A stretch of 61,987 bases of DNA, counting the filler, from Choristocarpus tenellus KU-1152 (lineage: Eukaryota; Protista; Phaeophyceae), in the NCBI GenBank assembly GCA_964200185.2. It is 9 parts of 9 records of this genome, joined end to end, with 100 filler letters (N's around TTAATTAATTAA, not from the genome) between each part and the next. Parts side by side here need not be neighbours in the genome. Positions count along the whole stretch, not along the records: positions 50,310 to 55,070 come from CAXNAD020013157.1; positions 55,171 to 58,729 come from CAXNAD020019273.1; positions 58,830 to 61,987 come from CAXNAD020021878.1; 6 more parts are not named here. One strand, written 5' to 3'. The notes beneath the pieces were generated by a model. It had not been told where the DNA came from and did no database searches. It saw nothing but the letters and a program-made list of their open reading frames with translations. The first letter of the stretch is position 1. Each line of letters opens with the position of its first letter. Shown here piece after piece: positions 55,051 to 61,987 of this stretch. Both the position numbers and the translations under genes were made by a program.

Positions 55051-57340
55051 CTTTGGCTGTAGAAAAACTGNNNNNNNNNNNNNNNNNNNNNNNNNNNNNN
55101 NNNNNNNNNNNNNNTTAATTAATTAANNNNNNNNNNNNNNNNNNNNNNNNNNNNNNNNNNNNNNNNNNNNGTGTGCAAATAGTCTCAATCTCACCTCCTC
55201 TTCTTCCCTGGCGTTCTTGTCGATGGCTACCTCCACCTGCTTCGCAACCCCTTCGAAGTAAAGGATTTGGTGGTATCAAAGAGTCTCCCAGCTGCCTTTG
55301 TTAAAATCGCTTTCTCTTCCACCTTGTGAGCCCTTTCGACGTTCTTTCGGGCTTCAGAGCCCTTGTAGCCCAACCCTAACACCTCCTTTCTCGTTTCCTT
55401 AAGCCACTCCGACTCGCCCAGCTTCCAAACAGTCAGGGCCTGATGCAACTGTCGACTACTGAGATATTCTACACCCGGGTTTCACTTAGACGTTTCCTGA
55501 GCGCAATGGCATGCAGTCGCACTGCTCTCCTCCCCAACCTTCCCTTCGGGCGGCCACTCTGTTCCTTCACCCGCTGTGACCAGGCTTCCCCACAGACTTC
55601 GTCACTGTACCACCTGGTGATGGACTCGCCGCTCTCTTCCTGTTCTCCCGAGGCGGCAGAGATTGCAGAGCAGTTCCCCGATGTGTTTGAAGACCCAACC
55701 ACGTTTGTGTGGTAATACTTTCAATGCATCTTCTTTCAGCATCAGTGTCGCGACCGCGTGGTCCATTTCGCTATTTGATCATGTTGCTGCGCCACACTAC
55801 TCGCATTTTATCACCTAACATCACACTGAGTGTCACACGGTACTTTCTTTTCTGGTTCCTCTCGACAGAGAAGGTGCCGAGGGTAGATCCGGGGGGCAGA
55901 GTGGCCTCGGCAGCTCTCTTTGTCTCACCGTTGTGGTTCATGTTGCTGTGTAAGTCACGTGCGCATGTCCTCGCAGAAGGTCTGCAAAAGGCGTTAAAAA
56001 AGATTTCTGGGAATCTTGATTTTTTTTCGGGGACATCTCACCAGCCAAACTTGGTCAGGGACCTACCCCGGACCAGTTTTTTGTAAGGAGTTCAGTCAAC
56101 CACTTCATTATAGTATTTTTTGAAGTCATAATCTTCAATATTGCCCCAGAGATATTCCCCCTCGTTTTCCCATCATTTTATCGGGACATAGCTCCCATTC
56201 CCCAAACCTTACACAAAATCCACTACAACCTTCTAAACCTATTGCCATACCCTTTCATTTTTTATATATATTGTTGTATATATGTTTTGAAGTTCCGGTG
56301 AAACAATTAAAGATTTCCACAGAGAGCGAAGCTACTGGTACCACTTTAGCACCATAAAATATCTTCAAAGATAATTGAATGGGAGGAACAATCCTGTTGA
56401 CAACTGCAGAAGCAATACTATTCGAAGGGGCAGAGCAGCGAAGGAGGAAGTAAAGGTAATAGCGTAATAACCATAATTTGCATGCAGCTGTCAGTGCATA
56501 TGGTGGTGGTAGTAGTAGCAGCAGCAGCAGCAGTAGCAGTAGTGGTAGTGGTAGTGGTAGTAGCAGTAGCAGAAACAATAGTGATGGAACACAAAACAAC
56601 ACACTTTCACACACAACATGTGACGCTATGACCAAACAAGCTGCAGGCATCACTATCGTCACTGGGTAAAGTAGTCACATACCTTAGAATGCTAACAGAC
56701 CATGGACATGCGCATGACACGGCATCAAAACTGGCCTCCTTTCAACAAGCTTTCTACCAGCAACAAACTACACGATTCATCAGAACATCCAATTTTTCCC
56801 CTCTCACATGACTGAACGACCTAAAAATCGAACTTACAGTAAATCTGACTCTGGGTTTCAATGAGTTACTCTGGGTTCAATATATCCTGTGTTGGTTGTG
56901 CTTGTCGGGTTGCTGGTATCGAAATGTCCAACAGGGCCTACTCTTCACAAGTAACCCGATGGTGATCATTTCCTCACTGATTTGTCCCCTTCAGGATATC
57001 ATTCGACTGAGTGCACATATCGTCATGGTTGTTATTGTATTTTACATGCGAATATTGTCACTATTGTTTCGGATAGGAAACTCGTACTATAAAATTGAGT
57101 TTACTCCAAGATCTAGATTCCTTGTAGTTCTAATTGAGCAACGCAAGGTAGACATCCTTCTCTGATTCAAAACCGAAACACTGATCTCTCAACTTCAATC
57201 TTCAGCTCCTTCACTCTCTACTCTCTTGAATTTGTCTATGCTGGTGTCTGATTCCGTGACCCATTAGAGACAATGCACCCCATTTCAGATATAATGTGGC
57301 GCAACGATTTATTCTATACGTTGTGTTAGTCGTAGGAGGT

Positions 57341-57414
57341 GATCCTATAGCTCAGTGGTAGAGCGTCAGCTTCGAAAGCTGCAAGTCCTGAGTTCGGCTC
57401 TCTCAGTGGGAGCT
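57341..57414 (+). pseudogene. tRNA-like pseudogene or tRNA-derived SINE head (Thr-like body, anticodon reads CGA)
   Basis: Cloverleaf elements: acceptor stem GATCCTA/TGGGAGC (one mismatch), D arm GCTC-AGTGGTA-GAGC, anticodon arm CAGC-TTCGAAA-GCTG, 5-nt variable loop, T arm CTGAG-TTCGGCTCT-CTCAG with a 9-nt loop. A and B boxes are recognisable but the defects suggest it is non-functional. Confidence 0.7.
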
Positions 57415-57799
57415 GCTGCTAACTCTTCCTTGACCTGTTTCAGGTGATGTGTCTTGATGTTGTTTCCATAAAACAAACACCATTACGACCATGTTTGAAG
57501 GCTTAGACGCTTTTGAACCTTTTTACAATTTATTATATATTTGGTCATTATGAGGCCATACACATGCTTGTTAGTGCACTAACACCCACATAACTTGAGC
57601 AGGACAAGGTGCATTGAACCCGAAAAAACCTTACTCACCATGCATGTCACATAGCCAACATAAGGGAAGGGAAAACGAGGGACTCGAGACAAATCAATCC
57701 AAAAAGAGAAGGCAATCAGAAAGTAGCGTTCACCTGACAACGGTGTTGGTTGTAACTTGGGACTTGGGCTGCCATTTTCTCACCAAATACACACTCGTA

Positions 57800-58200
57800 G
57801 CACTCTGTTGGGTTGGTTGGTCTCGAGTTCGATCCCTCGACTGTGATCCGAAACTTCTTTGTATAACCTGGCATACACATCCACCAATTTTTCTCCAGTC
57901 CTTGCTTCCGTTTTATACCTTCAAGCTCCCCAAACATCTACACCTTGGTCGGCAAGTCACTCATCCTCCAATGTACAACCGATCCTGTGAATAGGAGTCT
58001 CTTTTTGCGCACAATCACCTCGATACTCTCACACTAACTCTCCAAGGTGGCATCTTCGTAGGAAAGTCCTTGATCGGTGCACTCCTGTTACAAAACGCTC
58101 CATAGCTTACCTCCACGGAATGTGTAGGTCCAGTCCTCAAGCCTATATATGGCGCTGATGCACGTACGGGACACCTGAGGTCATACTGATAGTCTGATGA
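57800..58200 (-). mobile_element. RTE-clade non-LTR retrotransposon 3' remnant
   Basis: Minus frame LSYEDATLES*CESIEVIVRKKRLLFTGSVVH...LPTKV*MFGELEGIKRKQGLEKNWWMC matches the post-RT C-terminus of RTE LINEs (RLP..[VL].FGEL..G.R..G). Confidence 0.7.
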
Positions 58201-58665
58201 CCAGTGAGGACGATAAGTATCAGGCCGGCAGATGAAGGCATAGTTCTTTCAAAGTGAGTGCACGATAAAGTAAAAAAAATGAGCCGAGTGAGCAATAACA
58301 GTCCAAAAAGCTTGGTCTTTTCGGGTCTTGAGACGCCTTAAAACATCAAAAAACCTTTGCTATATTATACTTTAAGTTACAGATTTTACACTGTAACTAT
58401 AGCGACTCGGACTTCCCCATTTGGGAGGTCCATGCGCAAGCCTATTGCTCGCACTGGTTAGAGCACGAGAAGAAATACCTACGCTACTTGCCTGTACCAC
58501 TCCCGTTTGCGAAATCGGTTTCAACATAAAAAAAGACTATTTGATGGTAGGAAGCGAAGCTCAATATAGGTGGACCTGGCAGAGTGTCCATGTCATACAA
58601 CGTATGTATGTTGTGCAACAGAACCTCAAGTACCTTATCCTCGATCATTTGGAATTACACTCAAG

Positions 58666-58729
58666 TGTTACAGGCGAATAGAGCGAGTATTTCTTCTTAT
58701 ATTTCAACGAAGTGCAAACGTTTGTTACA
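58666..58729 (-). mobile_element. LTR copy 4 (terminal 64 bp, clipped by spacer)
   Basis: TGTTACAGGCGAATAGAGCGAGTATTTCTTCTTATATTTCAACGAAGTGCAAACGTTTG is nearly identical to 54215-54275. Confidence 0.85.
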
Positions 58730-58829
58730 NNNNNNNNNNNNNNNNNNNNNNNNNNNNNNNNNNNNNNNNNNNNTTAATTAATTAANNNNNNNNNNNNNNN
58801 NNNNNNNNNNNNNNNNNNNNNNNNNNNNN

Positions 58830-59240
58830 CAGCAACCAAGGCCCACGTGCCTAGGCTGGAAGGATACACCATCTTAGTAAAGCAGAACGGGCCAAAGTCA
58901 CACACCAAGGGGGGGATCATGGAGACAACCGAGGAGATGGTGGGGGACGATACTGTCAAAGAGATCCAGTCAATCAATTCCCCTGACCTCAACGTCAACG
59001 ACCTGGGATTTCTTTCATTCCATCCAGCAACTGAAGGAAGACGTCCGGGTTGACCAACAGAGAGGAGCTGGCGGAGGCCACAATGGAGTTGTCCCGGAGA
59101 AAATAGAGCGCATTTGGCAGAGCCTCGTTGAGGTCTACGGTGAAGTGCTGGGGACTAAGGGTAGAAACATCTTCAAAATTCCCCATCTTAGGAAGAAAAA
59201 GGGTGAGAAGGCGAGCAAGCTCCCCCCAAATGCCAGCAGC
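58830..59240 (+). mobile_element. Tc1/mariner-type transposase remnant (DD37D-like spacing)
   Basis: VKQNGPKSH...QSINSPDLNVNDLGF, then after a frameshift IERIWQSLVEVYGEVLGTKGRNIFKIPH. There are 37 residues between the mutated second catalytic position (N) and the third D. Confidence 0.8.
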
Positions 59241-59746
59241 GAAATATCGTGCTGGAACAGAGGTTTGGAGGACTTCAGGAGCGGAATCATAGATAGGTGT
59301 AGGCCGCTCGATGTTGCTTCTTGAGATTTGGTGGGCAATCTTTTAGTGTCTGCACAATGCACTCATGAAACACAAACATGTGAAAAATCCTTCATCTGGG
59401 CTGAAAGAGTTATCTTACATATAACTCCGAAATGAGGAAGAAAGCAGGACTGCAACAGGATCCTGCCAGTTGTTGTACTTTTCCCATTTTTCCATTTCTT
59501 CTGCCCGCACTGTAGGATATCAAGGGGTTCAAGTGAGCCTAATCGTTTAGAAACAAGGTGTACATTTCTTGAATTATACTTTCAATTCTACATTTTTTTT
59601 GTGCGGTGAACATTATATGCTACGCACACACACACATAATACCCCTTCGTGTGTGTGCATAGTAAACGTAGAAAAATACACTGGTTGTTATTGTTATTGT
59701 CATATATTAGTGGTTTAAATATTGCGGCAAAAACAAATCTAGTTTT

Positions 59747-60000
59747 GAGTGACAGCGTGTTAGAGGGTACGAGTTTTGCCCTGTTTGTCCATTTGGGGAT
59801 TGGCCCTCCCAAGGACTCTTTTATGACAATTTCCTACTCCAAACTGTTTAGGAGTAGGTAAAGTGTGTATGATATGAAAAGGTGTGTCCGAAACATGGAT
59901 ATTGACACATCCTAACAAACACGATAACCAAAATTACATCAAAATTGCAACATTGGATTTTAACCCTCAAATGGACGCGACTCTACCCTCTAAGATAATT
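59747..60000 (+). mobile_element. MITE family A copy (degenerate ends)
   Basis: GAGTGACAGCGTGTTAGAGGGTAC...CTACCCTCTAAGATA. Internal sequence is colinear with 14697-14953. Confidence 0.85.
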
Positions 60001-61987
60001 TAAATATTTTTCATACACACTTGCTCATCATCTATTACCCTCTCAGGAGGAACCAACCACCAACAGTGCATGGAGCATCAGGAACTGATGGCCTTCCACA
60101 CTGTTCTTCTTAACTACTACATTCTCAGTACTCTAGCACCATCACGTTCTTGGACCCATTACTCTGGCTGACGGCGGTATAGATCCAATTCCTGGTGAAA
60201 TGCAGGTGGTCAACCTTATAGATGTGTAGCAGGTTCTCTATGCTCCTTACCTCGATCATGAACAGGGGGTTTGCATCTCGGAGGAGAGGAAAGGAGGTTG
60301 GCAAGTGGACTGGAGACTTCCTTCGCAAGGAGGCTTCAACATCGTTTTGTCAACCTGTCTTTAGATTTCGATCAGTTCCCCGTCCTGTAAACCTCAACAA
60401 GAACAACCATAGACGTTTATGTTTTCCGTCAAACCAAAAGTTTAACCAACCACGGACACAGTATTGGTGACAGTCGGTAATCTGTAGGAAGGGGGTAGAG
60501 TTCCAGGCTACTCTTCTGATTGATGTAGGATGGGGTCTGCTTGGATAATGTATCAGGTGGAAAGGTTACCTTGGGTTGATGTAGAAAGAAGGGAGAACCA
60601 GGCGGAAATATATATTCCCTTCACCCTCCACTTGATATACTAGTCTATGTAAGTTTAAGGACTCAATGATGTCTTAATGGTGACCCAATAATAGTCAGTC
60701 ACGTTTTCCATCTTTAGTGTATTCCTTTTGTCAAGTAATTCGCTCGTTCGAACCACTCCTTCCAAATCTTGATCAGATTACATTGTGCTCTTGACCCTGC
60801 TCTCTCCTTCCTCAAGCAACTACTCTCTACTTTGAAGCTTCAAGGGGAACGATGATGGTGTGACAGAGAAACAAGCAGACATCGAGCAGGCACGTGATCA
60901 CTTTTATACCATCTCCTAGCTCGACTTTGTTACCCAGTGGTTCAATTTGAGCACATGGTGGTGCAGAGATGGATAGAATTTTGTAACACTGATCAATGTT
61001 GAAGCCCAAATGAAGGAGATGGTAGTTCACCTCAAACATTAGAAATAGTAGAAGATGCAACTGATCATTGCCATTGTCGGTAGATGTAACGGAATATTTG
61101 GGTCAATCCTCTGGGCTGGCATTCATCATAAGCGTGACATCATACCTGGCACTAAAGAGGGTAAGAAAAATATAACCACACAAAGCGTCCGCAGTAGGAG
61201 AGTACGGACACCACACAATTAAGTGGATATGCGTTCCCTACAAAGCATAAAGCAAGGTGGGAATGACAATGAGGATCCCCATATTGGGAAAGTGATGAAA
61301 AGAAAGTGTGTACAATTATCATGACGAAAAAACGATTCCAGAGGCTCGAGACTTGAGGGTGCATGAACCATGCCACGTCAGTGTGTCTTCATTGCTGGTA
61401 ACGTTTTTCACATATTGCGATGTTTCATTTGTTGCGTAGAGTATCAAACTACGGCACCCAATTTGGTGCATCGACAGAGAGCTGGGCAACAACTACATCA
61501 AACCTCTATTGCCAAAATCTCAGCGCGTCAAAGACTGAAGATAAGCAAAGATATCATTAACTCTAAGGTATACAATCAAAACGAACACAATATTCAGACA
61601 CGATCGTTGATACTTGACACAAAGAAACACGACACCATTCGACCAGTGCGCCACTTCATGTCACGAGGGACCCCCCATGGAATTGCATCGTCCACCTCAA
61701 CACAAACGAATCTTGGAGTTGGTAGGTAACACCTCTCAACCAACACGTAGTCACGCCTCTTTGCTCTTGATCCAGGCCGAGACGCCGGATTGAGCCATGT
61801 AGGCATTGTACAACACCTTCAGGTTTGCGTATCCCTCCAGTCCTTCCCTGACCATGAAACCCAGCTTCATGTGGTCCCACAGCAACGAAAACACGGCCGC
61901 ATCTGCCCACAGACCCTTGCCTGAGGGAGAGGTGCTAAGGTACGCCCCCCCGCTGGTCCCACCGACCTTGTACTTCACATATAGGGC

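Noticed and set aside
58193-58216. CTGATGACCAGTGAGGACGATA resembling a hammerhead ribozyme core
   Set aside because: GAAA is GATA, stem II is not properly closed, and I saw no stems I or III. It lies antisense at the edge of an RTE remnant.

Overview
Intron-rich eukaryotic DNA. The transposon remnants and gene style suggest a stramenopile or brown alga (inference). The window is nine contigs joined by eight identical artificial 100-bp spacers (N-run + TTAATTAATTAA + N-run), so adjacency across spacers is not biological evidence. Genes: a complete 25-exon SMC5 (9173-27694, +, ~1084 aa by manual exon joining); the last two exons of a HEAT-repeat protein (ECM29-like); a partial multi-exon gene for a low-complexity protein with a recurring L-[AS]-E-[LQ]-L-x-[RN]-A-E motif; and the last four exons of a TMEM87/PTM1-type (GOST) seven-TM protein. 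The rest is a transposon landscape: seven copies of a ~257-bp MITE plus two related families with similar G[AG]G[CT]CAAA-type termini, a chromodomain-bearing Gypsy remnant with PPT and four copies of its TGTTACAG...CTGTAACA LTR (two carrying nested insertions), two Tc1/mariner remnants, LINE remnants, a tRNA-like pseudogene and many intronic minisatellites. I found no convincing new multi-gene system. The most unusual signals are splice-site features (many AAG acceptors, a GC donor, a donor-regenerating exon, a minisatellite built from an exon/intron junction), the MITE family cluster, and a 476-bp-period insertion with 54-bp direct terminal repeats.
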